Positions 1-11,062 of a stretch of 64,000 bases of DNA are shown here, one piece after another. The position numbers and the translations under genes were made by a program. The notes under the pieces were generated by a model. The model was not told where the DNA came from. It ran no database searches and saw nothing but the letters and a program-made list of their open reading frames with translations. This DNA comes from Phoronis australis (Eukaryota > Animalia > Phoronida): the NCBI GenBank assembly GCA_002633005.1, contig NMRA01000424.1, forward strand, positions 10,815 through 74,814. The letters run 5' to 3'. Each line of letters starts with the position of its first letter. Position 1 is the first letter of the stretch.

Positions 1-14
1 TAAGACAAACACTG

Positions 15-640
15 GTGAATAATGGGTATACCAATGCTTTTATGGATTTCCATATTAAGCGATTTGTGTCCAGAATTAGCTATGAAGTCCCTGCACGTCG
101 GACCGGTGTCACCAAAAAGATATTTTACAAAAATGTCATGTCTAATAATTACCTCCAGGACGAACACGCCATTAAGAAAATTATAAGGGACAATGTTAAA
201 GTTTGTATGACTGATGATCACCTCGATGTTATTATTTATTATCGGAATAGGAAGTCCTCCAACTTGGTCATCAAAAATAACATTTCTAAAGCGAAAGTCC
301 GCCCCGTTGCACAGTGTAGTGTTGTTTATGAGTTTGTATGCCCTATGAACGAATGTCTTCGTTCAAACGTCAAACAATGTTACATTGGTCAAACGGTTTG
401 CAGTCTATCCCGTCGGTTATCCATGCATCTTCAAAATGACACCATTCAAGATCATTTTCTGCAATGCCACGCACGTAAATCACTACCCGTCAAGAAATTG
501 TGGAAAACACGTCAATTCGCTACGTGGAGCAAGATGTGCTGCGTTTGAAAGTATTAGAGTCCCTTTTAATTGCTTTTGAGAAGCCTGTTTTGAATGAGCA
601 GAAAACAGGGTCGCACCGCACGTTACACTTGTTTGCGTGA
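15..640 (+). mobile_element. Penelope-like retroelement 3' remnant (GIY-YIG endonuclease, frameshifted)
   Basis: ORF 15..548 has VVYEFVCPMNEC..CYIGQT..LSRRLSMH..DHF (GIY-YIG with Cys/His motif). After a frameshift the reading continues RLKVLESLLIAFEKPVLNEQ..LFA* (TGA 638-640), the typical E..I....P.LN end of PLE endonucleases. Confidence 0.85.
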
Positions 641-758
641 CTTTCCTGTTACCCCCCTTCATTAGTCATTCTTTGCAGTATTTCACACCCGCCGTGTCTC
701 ACAGTGTGTGTCGTAAGCTTATACTCTGTGGTAGCATCACTGCGTCATTTTATCTTCA

Positions 759-795
759 CTTAAAAATGAAACAAGTACAGTGTATGTTTCAAAAT
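759..795 (+). ncRNA. Degenerate hammerhead-ribozyme-like core in Penelope 3' region
   Basis: CTTAAAAAT-GAAACA(768-773)...TGTTTC(785-790)-AAAA has the CTGANGA-stemII-GAAA layout with G>A changes, 120 nt after the PLE ORF stop. Confidence 0.35.
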
Positions 796-3700
796 ACCGC
801 GTGTCTTTTAATTATGTCGCTAGGTCAGTTACTGTATGTACATGTATGTTCAGTTGAGAGTAGAGTTTTGTTCCGAAAGTACGAACGTAACGGAATAAAG
901 ACTGTGAACAATGAAAAGTGTCGTGCATTTAACAAACAATGTAAATGTTACTGAAAACTGTTGTAAATACCGACTCAGATTAATCTCCGAACCGGGAATC
1001 TAACCGGGGTCAGTCACGTACATGTACGCATCTACGGTTGTGCTTGCATAAAGAGTGAGTTAAAAGGGGTCTGAATTGAAGGTTAATTGGTGATTTTCGA
1101 CACATCACTGTGTGACTGTGGCCGCTTGGACTTGGACTTCAGAGTTCAGTTTTATCACTCCCTACTACTTTGGAAACAAGTCGGATATAATGTTCCCTAG
1201 TTTTGAGAATGACGCTATCAACATGTAATAATTTCAGTGCAGGTTCAGTAGTTATACCTCACAAAGTCAGAGTGTTAGTGTTAGCCAGATGGAACACACC
1301 AGACCAGTGCCAGTGTCAGTGACAGAAAATGTCTAGACTTGACCACGCGAATACACGTGTTGTTGGGAAAAATGGGAAACCAACAACAGGACAAGGACAT
1401 GGTCGAAAAAAGTTGCTGAATGTAACAACTGAATAACATTCCTTTTATTTAGTGGATTAGACAGTGACCACCGTCTCTAATTGGCATTTCGTTTTGTTCA
1501 AAACTCACAGAGCTGCAGAAATCAGCAAGAATGGATGTCAGCAATCTCATTGCTCAGTCTAAAGATAGACAGAAACATGTACAAATGCATTGATTCGCCA
1601 TCTGTTTTTAAGAAGCCAATAGGAGCAAAGAGTTAGTTGACCATGGGTATTCAGTATCTGAGGATTATTAACAATCCAACCCTTTCCTGTCAAACATGTC
1701 TAAAGTTTCAACTGAGCAACTTGATCGGAAACTGTTGTTTAAAATCAGTACATCTTTGGATGATCTTTGCAAGACTTCGGAAAAAGTGTGCTTAGATTTC
1801 CCATGAGGAACCTGGATGACAAGCCGCTTCTTTTGGAAAATTGTGAAAGAAGTGGAAAATCGTCCACATGGGCTACGACTTCTGTTACTATGTGTCATTC
1901 ACTACATATCGGTATGACTAAGAATGAATTCACTGTAGCCATAATTTATGGGATAAATGTACATGTTTGCCAAAAACCCTCAACTCTGTGCTGTATGACA
2001 GAGGCTATTGACTGCTGCGTGCATTCGTCATCATGCAGGCAAAGGTGTATGTTTGAACATTTTTCAGATGGCTCAAATTTATAGCTTATAATTGTTTTTA
2101 ACATATAATTTTAGCAAAGGTGACAGTTGATGATAGTAATTAGATCGGCGATATATTACATTAAAAATTCTCCAGATTGAGACAGTCTCCTAAATTCAGA
2201 ACAAAGAAATCATGGCTGAAATTTAATTTTTTCATCCTGAAGTTTGAGGCGTGAGTGATTTGTGTACTGTATTTTCGTACTTTTCAAATTCCTAACGCTA
2301 TGTTGTAGCATAACAGGTTGCAAGAATACTCCTGTAAGTTCATAAAAAGTGACTCTCATGACAAACATTTAATAAATTGTTACCATTCCCCTTGAATTTC
2401 TGACAGACAATTGGGTGAATTTCTAAAAATTGGGACAAGCTCCGACTTTGATCAAAATAATTATTCACTGTCCCAAACTAGAGAAATTTTGCGTAATCAA
2501 TTTTTGATATTCAGTGCGTAGTTAACTGTAAATCTGATGGATGGCTGTTCTTGTTTATAAGAGGATCTGCTTTAAGAAAAAGGTTGTTANAATTTAATTA
2601 TCATTGCAGCTACCTAAGTAATTAATGTTTACAAAAAATTGAGACTACAGCAGGGGATGACGGCCACACCATAGGATTATCCCTTAGCGCAAGCAGTGTC
2701 GATGAGGCAACTGAATGGAGTGTTCGAAAAACAGGATTGCAGGAGTATTTGTTTAAACTAGGAACAAATGAAAACATTAACGACCTCCTCAGAGGCATCT
2801 CTCTACGCGGTACTTCTAAACTTATAGGAACATATATCCGGCATATGAAGTACCTATGGTATGATCATCGTCTCTACTGGGTCAGCAGTATTGCCTAAGG
2901 CCTAGGCAGCCAAGGGGCTGAACAAGTTAAAAAACAACTGGTGATAATACTGAAACACACATGGAAAACACCAAGATGTATTTTAAAAAAACACGTACCT
3001 GTTTTTGAAAGCTATACTTCTTTCTCTTTCTTGAAATGTGGCCCATAATGTACTTTTCCTGCTAACAAATGATGCACTCATGTTTCAGAATGTTCCTATC
3101 TTGTTCAGGTTAATTGGGAGTTTCAGATTTTGGAAATAATTGATTTTCTTGGGAAATCTTGGATAACATCTGTATCACTTTCAGCAACTTCAGCTTTAGT
3201 ACTACTGTTGGTGCCTTGAAACGTTGCTATGCCGTTTTATGTCCTTTCAATTTTTTGGTCTGACACTTGGTCTTCTAGTCTACAGCACTCAGCAGTATAC
3301 TGTGTAGGACACCAGGACATGCAGCTGTTTTCTGCACAAACGTTTGTGACACCTCTTCTTCTTTTTGATCTACTGATCTACAGAGNCGCTGAATGATCTC
3401 AGTGCTTAATATGCTTAAGGGGGTTTTGATCAAAGAATATTTTATAAAATGTTATAGTTTACATATGTTTTGGAAAAAATAAATGGTTAAACGAGATGAT
3501 GAAACGTTACAATTATGTCTTTAGCATCTAACGTCAATGTAAACAATAAACAATAAACATTTAAAATGTTATAGATTTTGGATTACCTATATCATAGTTA
3601 AGGTTAAGAATACATGCCTACATAATGTTTTCTGCACATTTGTTGCTTTGATAACACTATCACTGATGGTGTTACTCTATCAAAAATAAAAAATTAAAGG

Positions 3701-4147
3701 GCAATTTTGACAGTAAAATCACCCAAGAAAATCTTATTTTAAGATGTGGATTTCCGATTCTGTCTCAATTTTTTTACTTCAGGGTGACCTAAAAGGGCTG
3801 CTGGGTTCCTTGTTAATTCCAGGCTGCCGTGTCTCTTGGGAGGCATTTTTTATTTAGGGCATCTGCATTGAATAAATTTATGTTTTTGATTACTTTTTGG
3901 CAGCTTTCCCAGATTTCCGTAAAACTTCCAGGCTCAGATTTGGAATTTCTGGGTATTAGAAAAGGCATAAAAATTGGTGCTGTGAAACCTGCTGTGATAC
4001 GAATAGATGTTATTGAAAGTATTTTTGTCTGCATTAAACTCACCATTCTAACACAATGTGTCCTTCGTTGATTACCACAATTGCCACGTTGTANGAACGC
4101 TGTGAGATCTGGCCCACCGACTATTAATTATATCACTAATTGGAGCA

Positions 4148-4269
4148 CATAGGCGAATTTGGGAGGCAGGGGCTGCCACAAGCAAAATGAAACAGCAACC
4201 GCGCTCTGCCCAATTCCCCGAGGCAAAATATGTTGCCCCCTCCCCCTTCTGGTCCCTGATCCGCCACTG
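4148..4269. mobile_element. Short MITE, CA..GGCGGAT-type TIR, 5-bp TSD
   Basis: Ends CATAGGCGAATTT / GATCCGCCACTG; flanks GAGCA / GAACA (1 mismatch). Confidence 0.6.
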
Positions 4270-4370
4270 GAACAGTACTACCAAACGTCACCACTAGTTT
4301 CTTCATCATCAGTATCAACATCACTAATGTCTCGCAAAAACATTGTTGTTGTTCTGGTATTGTAATTAGT

Positions 4371-4650
4371 CATAGGCGGATTTAGGGGGGTCCCTGCCCC
4401 CCCCCGGCTGGTGCAAGCAAAATTAAACAGCAACAGCGTGAAGCGTGAAGAAATATGGAGTTCACCAACACGGAACAGGAAGCTCCGGAGCGCGGCGGAA
4501 TCGGGTTGCCGTTTTTTTTGGGGTGGCGAACACCAGGTCACATCGCCGGCCCCCGCAACTTTCGGGGCGGCTGTGCATACAATCGCGCTTTGCCCAATGC
4601 TCCGCGGCAGCATGTTGGGCCCCCCTTATGGTATCCTAGATCCGCCTCTG
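4371..4650. mobile_element. MITE, 5-bp TSD family; shorter inverted relative of 41949-42886
   Basis: Ends CATAGGCGGATTTAGG / CCTAGATCCGCCTCTG; flanks TTAGT / TTGGT; subterminal sequence matches the reverse complement of 41949-42030. Confidence 0.75.
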
Positions 4651-4923
4651 TTGGTGCACGGCAAAGATCTACTGTACTAAAGTTTGGTGAACTACAGGGC
4701 GAATAAGCAAACAAATTGCAGTTCAGTGTGGGAACGTCAAAAGCGCAATTAGTTTACCTGTCAACTGTTCTTCTTCTGCTAGTTTCATTTTAATCGCTCG
4801 ATGAACCTTTTTATGTTCACTTAGTGATAACTAGTCCGTTTCAATGATGTTTTTCGTTTTAAAATTGCTTCAATTAATACTACAGCTACTCCAATATCGT
4901 CCGCATTAGTCGCGATTCTACTA

Positions 4924-5332
4924 GGGGATTCCATTGACAGGAAATTCCCCGACAAGGTAGATAAGTCTTTATTTTGATACATAAACGAGTCGACAAATAC
5001 GGATTTTCTTATCTACAAGGATTATAATTACCATTTTCAAGAATTTAGTCCTAACTGCTACAAAACTCATTCAAATTACAACAATGACGAAACGTTTGCG
5101 GTTTACTTGGCGCGGATACCAACCGATATGATCTCGCGAGATCCAGCCTCATCGCCCGTTTTTCGCGGTATTTTGTAAATGTGATGTGCCATATGTGAAA
5201 GACTAGTCGCCAACCGACTAGAGCGACGTCTTTCGTGGCATTCACGGTTTTTACTTAGATGACCTAGCAGTGCAACATGACTCACTGTCTGAGATCTCGA
5301 TCGATATTGGTGTACTTTCTGTTTCGGTTTCC
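4924..5332. promoter_or_regulatory. CpG-rich motif cluster: two kB-like sites, TCTCGCGAGA palindrome, AP-1, ISRE
   Basis: GGGGATTCC 4924-4932, GGAAATTCCCC 4940-4950, TCTCGCGAGA 5132-5141, TGACTCA 5278-5284, reverse-strand GGAAACCGAAACAGAAAGT 5314-5332. Confidence 0.4.
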
Positions 5333-6177
5333 ATTGCTCCTAAAATGCCACGTTAACACATCGTAGTACGGTATTGCATTACACGGATGCCAACGTTTAC
5401 ATTTAACCACGTACGAGAAGTAACGTCTGGTTTATAACTAGCCCGGTCAGTTTCAACCAAAGCTAGAAGAGTCGGCAGAGACAGGTTTGAAATAATTCAG
5501 ACTATGTGAAATATGAGGGTTAAATTTGGGCATACTTGTGCTTAAAATATGTCCAAGGTTGTTCTATTTAGTTTTCATTTATGCGACTATCAACCATACA
5601 TGTACATGTACATTCGGGTTTTGAAATTTCATGTTGACCTTTTCGAAGATCTAAAGCTCACGCGTTCAAATTGATTTCTTTAATGGTTGTTACCACTAGC
5701 TCACTCGGAAAACAAACTACAAAACACAAAATGCCCAAACTTGAAGAATATTTTTCATCTACGTAGCAAAAATTTTGAAATATAATTCATCCAGGAAATT
5801 CATAATAAAATCTGTCCAACTGGACTACCGTTCTTAGCGCCACTTCGCTGTCCCATGATTCTGATCATTCCACTAATCAAAGGAAGCGGGATGCCGCAAC
5901 CGAGGGGTTATGGATTTTTAGTCTTACAGTATATAGCAAGCATTCATTTGAACTTCAGTTTTGATAACAACTGTATTTTTCTGTCCCATTCAGACATGTT
6001 TTAATTTCACTTTTCGGGTCTATTTTTTCATCACCCACATTTCCCACCTGATCATCCCCTGTCCCAGTTTTTCCCTCTGTTTCCTATAACCAATATTCTC
6101 TTGATTTTGTGTTCTCCCGTTCGACGATGCCTCCCCATTCCGTTATCATTTTGGTGTCATTATACATGTTAGTTTTC

Positions 6178-6521
6178 TACGGAAGCCCAGTAATGCCATT
6201 TTGAAGTGAAGAAAAATGTTTTTATTATCTGGAGGCCGCCACTTAAAGGAGAATGCCACCCAAAAAACAACCTATTTTGTATCAATTTAGATCGAGCAGT
6301 TCTACTCGACCGCCAAATAATTATGTGGCCGCAACTTAATTGAACGACTTCCGTACGAAAGAGACACTACGGAAGTCGTTCAATATATTGTTTTAACGCC
6401 AAATAATTATGTGGTGGCTGCCGCCAGATAATCAGTAGTGGATGCCAGACAATTATCTAGCGGCTGCCAGATAATAAATTATTTTTCTTCACTTCAAAAT
6501 GGCACCAATTGGGCTTTCATA
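6178..6521. mobile_element. Long-TIR palindromic MITE containing a Kolobok-like terminus
   Basis: About 60-bp imperfect TIRs TACGGAAGCCCA..TGCCATTTTGAAGTGAAGAAAAAT..ATTATCTGG / reverse complement ending TGGGCTTTCATA. Segment 6247-6309 (preceded by TTAA) matches the start of 45519-46524. Confidence 0.75.
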
Positions 6522-6793
6522 GATTTCTTACATCGGAGGGTCAGATTTTTTGTCAACTGAAGCAAAACTTAAGCGCTCCCTAATAAATACGTATTCTGGT
6601 CAAAGATTTTGTTTGTGGTTTTTCACAAACTTTGTTGAAAACCCGACTAAAATTTTGTTGTTTGAAAGCTTGATACAAAGCCGTTAGTAGCGTTGAAACA
6701 ACCTCCTTTCTTTAAGTGTACAGCTACATTTACATGTATGTAGCAAAACACCGAGAGACATAACAAAGAAACAAATTAAAACACTAGAAAAAA

Positions 6794-6820
6794 TTTTGAG
6801 ACTACATGCCTCATCATCAG
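6794..6820 (-). ncRNA. Degenerate hammerhead-ribozyme-like core
   Basis: Minus strand reads CTGATGA-T-GAGGC-ATGTA-GTCTC-AAAA: intact CUGAUGA box, 5-bp stem II, GAAA box changed to AAAA; lies downstream of the PLE endonuclease remnant. Confidence 0.45.
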
Positions 6821-6928
6821 GAAAGGGCCAACATGTACAAGCAGAGAATGTCTGCATCGCACGGTAGGAAGCCCACACGCCTAACGAAACTGAGCCGGTG
6901 TGCGGTACACCTGCTAGCTGCTCATTCA

Positions 6929-7192
6929 CATGCGCGCACGTAGGGTTGTTGGACTCGGGGCGCTCGAACGAGCCCCCCATTTGGCGAAGTGGGCAAAAAG
7001 GTCCGTCTCAGAGAAACAAAAAAAAACGAGAAAACGAGACAAAAGTGTACTAAAACGGAGCAAACGCACAATTCACAGCTCTGAACGTGGTACACCTTTT
7101 TTGTTTTTTAGTTCCCCCGCTTTTTTGTTAGTAAAAGGCCCACATCGCCAGAAATCCAAGCCCCTCTATATTTTAGGGTGGGTGCGCGTATG
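6929..7192. mobile_element. MITE family CATGCGCGCACCCA, copy 1
   Basis: TIR CATGCGCGCAC / GGGTGCGCGTATG; flanks ATTCA / ACTCA; internal sequence shared with 9608-9842 and 18192-18454. Confidence 0.85.
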
Positions 7193-7419
7193 ACTCAACA
7201 GTTTTTTCGTGACTGATCAATAAGGAGTTCAATATGTGTTTCAATAGGGATTTCGACCAAAAACTTTAGCCGAAATGTGTCATTTTCAAGAACGCGAATG
7301 ATGGTATTGTCTATTACTTCTTGTCTTGTTATTTTTCGACCATGTTGTTGTAAAAAATGATCTTGAATAGACCCGCCCTGCAAGTGCGTGGACAAACGTC
7401 ACGAGACAGAACATACCGG

Positions 7420-7990
7420 AGAAATTAAGACACAGGAGATTTAGGGACGTTTATAAGTAGAATAATAATATGAGCCTAAGTTAACAAGATATTTAGATGC
7501 GCTATAGTAGTTGAACCATAAAGACTTGCTACAGTGTACAGAGGCAATTGTGCAACAGAGCCATCTCGTGGAAGATTCTAGACAGGATCTTGGCAAGGGC
7601 AAGGGTTAACGAACAGGAAGTTAACTAAGAGCTTGTCACTTGCACCGTGGGTAGTAAGATACTACCCGAAGTGTTGCGTCATCAGCTAGAGACTGTGACC
7701 AGCAAGAAGAATCGCGGGTAGAAGAAATTGCCTGCAAGTGTTGCATCACCAGAGACGGTGACCAGCAAGTACACTGTCGCTATACAGTGTGTGTAGTTCG
7801 AAGATTCACCAACAGGACAGTCATCCAACAAGTGGAGAGTCCTAGCTTGGATAGCAGATAAGACATTTGATTATTTTGGTTGATTAATTAAAGTAATCTT
7901 TAAAGAGGGCGGTAGCGTAGTTACTCTTCTTTGTAGTTGATTACTTAATTAACAACAGGTTTCACTTGTCTAATTAGGGGTTATAATATA
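7420..7990. mobile_element. Possible solo-LTR-like fragment
   Basis: AG-rich block with an internal direct repeat (AAGTGTTGC.TCA.CAG..AGAC.GTGACCAGCAAG twice), ending GGGGTTATAATA; no clear 5' TG or TSD. Confidence 0.25.
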
Positions 7991-9607
7991 ATAAATTAAT
8001 TACTGGATTTAATTATTCACTCTCCATCTACGCACAATCTCAAAGCATACATGTAGCTACCGTTTAAACAAACCCACTGTCAATCGTTTGACAAATAACA
8101 TGGCCAAATTTTGTAAGATACAATTACAGTTCAAGATAAAACCTCATAAACGTTGTTACAAATCTTTCAATCATCGAATCGTTTTTGTTTTATGCTACCG
8201 TATTTTTTGTCGTAAAATTATTTCCAAGTTGTGATAGCCCGGTGTATAAAGCATGGGATCCGGAGATTCCACATGAATCCGAACAGCCATACAATGTTCC
8301 GAAATTGGACATTAAACCAGAATGACATCAGCATTGCAATTAACTCCAAAATTCAAAAATTTTTGATGTTCCGTTTTGGATGGTCAAAACCCCAACAGGT
8401 GGCAGTTTCAAGTAAATTTGATAAGTCAGCAAGACTGCTCTTTCTTTTGAAATTATAGGCTTCACTGTCACTTTATTGAATCAAAAATGCTCAAAATGTA
8501 CCTGGTAGCACATAATCAATATCGGATCGATGTAATGAAAATTGTGAATGACAGGATTTGGTATTAAAATAGTGAAAACATTGCATATATCACCAACTTG
8601 TGTAAGTTAAGGGATTTTTGTTAACACGAGTGCTTCAGAATAACTCTTACGGAAGATTTGTTAACTTATACCATAATGTGAAAAATAAAAGACTGTGTGT
8701 TTTTATGTCTCAATAAAATCAATGGAAATATTACTCTCAGTGCCACCTTACACTAAATTTTCATTCATTTTCATACACGCCCTATCCAATGTTCAATTCG
8801 TAGAAATAGTCATGGAAATGTGCAAGTTTAAACTTGGGACTACTTTCTTATATGCAACTGTGGTGGCGGTGGCGACGGTGGCTGCAACGGAAATACGGGG
8901 AATACCAATAGCGACAGTGGTAACAGTAGTCATTCATTGGAGACTCTAGGCAAATGGCAGGACAAAATACTACGAAAGTGTAACCGCGTTTGTGTTGTAG
9001 AGACAAGATTTCCGAATTTGTAATTCATATTTTGTTAAATTGAACAAGTTAGATCTTGCTTATTATATGGGATACAATACAAGCAGTATTATATTCTGTC
9101 ACATGGTCGTGGTATTGTTTTGAAAAAAATCGGAAATTCAAAAGAACAAATTACAACTGGCATGTAAGGTTTCATACCTCATGTCAATTAGTAATTTTTC
9201 TCGAAATTCATGCATGACCGTTTAATAAACAAAATAGTTCAGCTTGGTCCTCGAGTGATACGTTTTTGTAAAAACCATGTCGACCCTCATATCACTTTTA
9301 ATAACGTCGGATCCATTCAATAACCTATTTTTAACCTTGGGTGTTTAACAAGCGGTAGGTGCATTAGCCAGCCAACCAGTAAATATACATATGTTGATAC
9401 AGTTTTGCATGAGCATCTTAAAACGTCATGGCTATGAAGAATGTTCTAGTTAAAACGTCTTAAATTCCTCGTGTGAAACTTAACTAGGCTGAAAGGTAAA
9501 AGAATAATAAAGGTCACGTGTTGATCAGCTGGTTGTTGCTTGCTTTTTTACCAAACTCCACCACACAAGTTACGGTAGGAATTTGACCAAGCTTCGCCAA
9601 ACAAGTT

Positions 9608-9842
9608 CATGTGCGCACCCAGGGGGCCTCGAACGAGCCCGTCCCCTCCCCCCCATTTGGCGAAGTGGGTAAAAATGTCCGCCTCAGAGAAACAAAAAGT
9701 CCGAGAAAATGAGACGAAAGTCAACTAAAAAGGCGCAGACGCACAGTTCACAGTTCTGAAGGTGGTACCCCAATTTTTAGTCCTCCTGTTTTTTGTTAGC
9801 AATTCGAGCCCCCCATAATATTTAAGGCTGGGTGCACGCATG
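9608..9842. mobile_element. MITE family CATGCGCGCACCCA, copy 2
   Basis: TIR CATGTGCGCACCCA / TGGGTGCACGCATG; perfect 5-bp TSD AAGTT (9603-9607, 9843-9847). Confidence 0.9.
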
Positions 9843-11062
9843 AAGTTAGATCTTGTTTAGCAAACCCGTCCAGATTGGTAAACTTCGGTTTGCAAATTCA
9901 GCCAAATTTCAGTTCGAGTACAAATGTTTGTCTGTGTAGATGGCGCTACACGCGTACACATTCATTGTTACTCAAGCTATCGTAAGAAAGCAAATGAACC
10001 AACGAAGGGTCAGTTTAACATTTGCAGAGGGGACAGTCTCATTCTTCTGCTAGCTGTTGTGATGAAAAGTGAATGTAGCAGGCAATTTCAGGGGAGTTAA
10101 CTATTAGGTCAAAATAAACTTGGCTTCGACAGCATTCTGCCAGACTGGACGAATTTTTTGCCGGAATTATTGGGCAGTTTTGCCAAGCATTTGTTGCAAT
10201 GAAAAGGCATTTTTGTCGTACTTTAACATGTGCCGTGTCAACTGCTATGGACATGTAAGGCAAGCTGCAGCGATTTCATTTGAGTGGGATCGGAATCATA
10301 CCTGTCGAGAATTTGCCAGAGCTTGATATTTGGTCCAGGCCGTTCTTGGCTACGTGCCACCGTTTACGTTTCAAGGGCATTTTTACAAAAGGTCGTACGT
10401 CCAATCGTAGCTAAGATTGTCTTAGCCTGTTGTTTACTGCCACACGATTTAAAAAGGGGTTTGCCGAAAATGGCCTTTTAGAATGGACACTGTCTGTGGT
10501 AGACTGCTTACATGTACATGTGTAGGTAATGAACCCAGCTTCAGCCGGTGAAAAATAGTACTTTATGCAATAAAATTGATCTTGAGGTTACCAAATATTG
10601 TTTTTTTTTTTTGGCATCTGCACATTAAACATTAAGTTAATTTGTTGTGAAATTGAACAAAACGAAATTTCAGTTTCTCGACATATTGTGCGGAAAATAG
10701 GACCGTTACCATAAATGTCAATATACAGCAGCGGCATACGGATTCAAACATGTTTCAAACACACCTCCTATCTGACTCTTGGTGTAACTAATATGTCTGT
10801 CTTGACTCTAATTATTAGAAACTATTGGTATGCCAAGGCAATTTAGATTGGGATGTTGCAGCCCGGATCCCAATGGCTACGGAAGCGAGTGATTTCACAC
10901 TTCTGTACCCTTGCACAGCCTCTACAGCCGCACCTGGAATTGATCATCCATCTCAAATTTTGAACCTCGATGTGCAACCCCTTTTTAATCCGTCATCATA
11001 CGGTATTGATAACTCATTATGTTTTATGTTATTTCAGGAATTCCGAGACTGCGAAGAGCAAC

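Larger units (their letters stand above)
6700..7420 (-). mobile_element. Second Penelope-like remnant (GIY-YIG C-part plus 3' region), interrupted by a MITE
   Basis: Minus ORF 7195..7395 THLQGGSIQDHFLQQHGRKITRQEVIDNT..RLK aligns with MHLQNDTIQDHFLQCHARK..RLK of the 15..640 copy. The extent below 6928 is inferred. Confidence 0.7.

Noticed and set aside
10970-11062. N-terminal 31 codons of the 801-aa ORF
   Set aside because: Starts at a non-ATG codon and crosses a splice acceptor at 11037; ATG 11063 gives a signal-peptide-like start.
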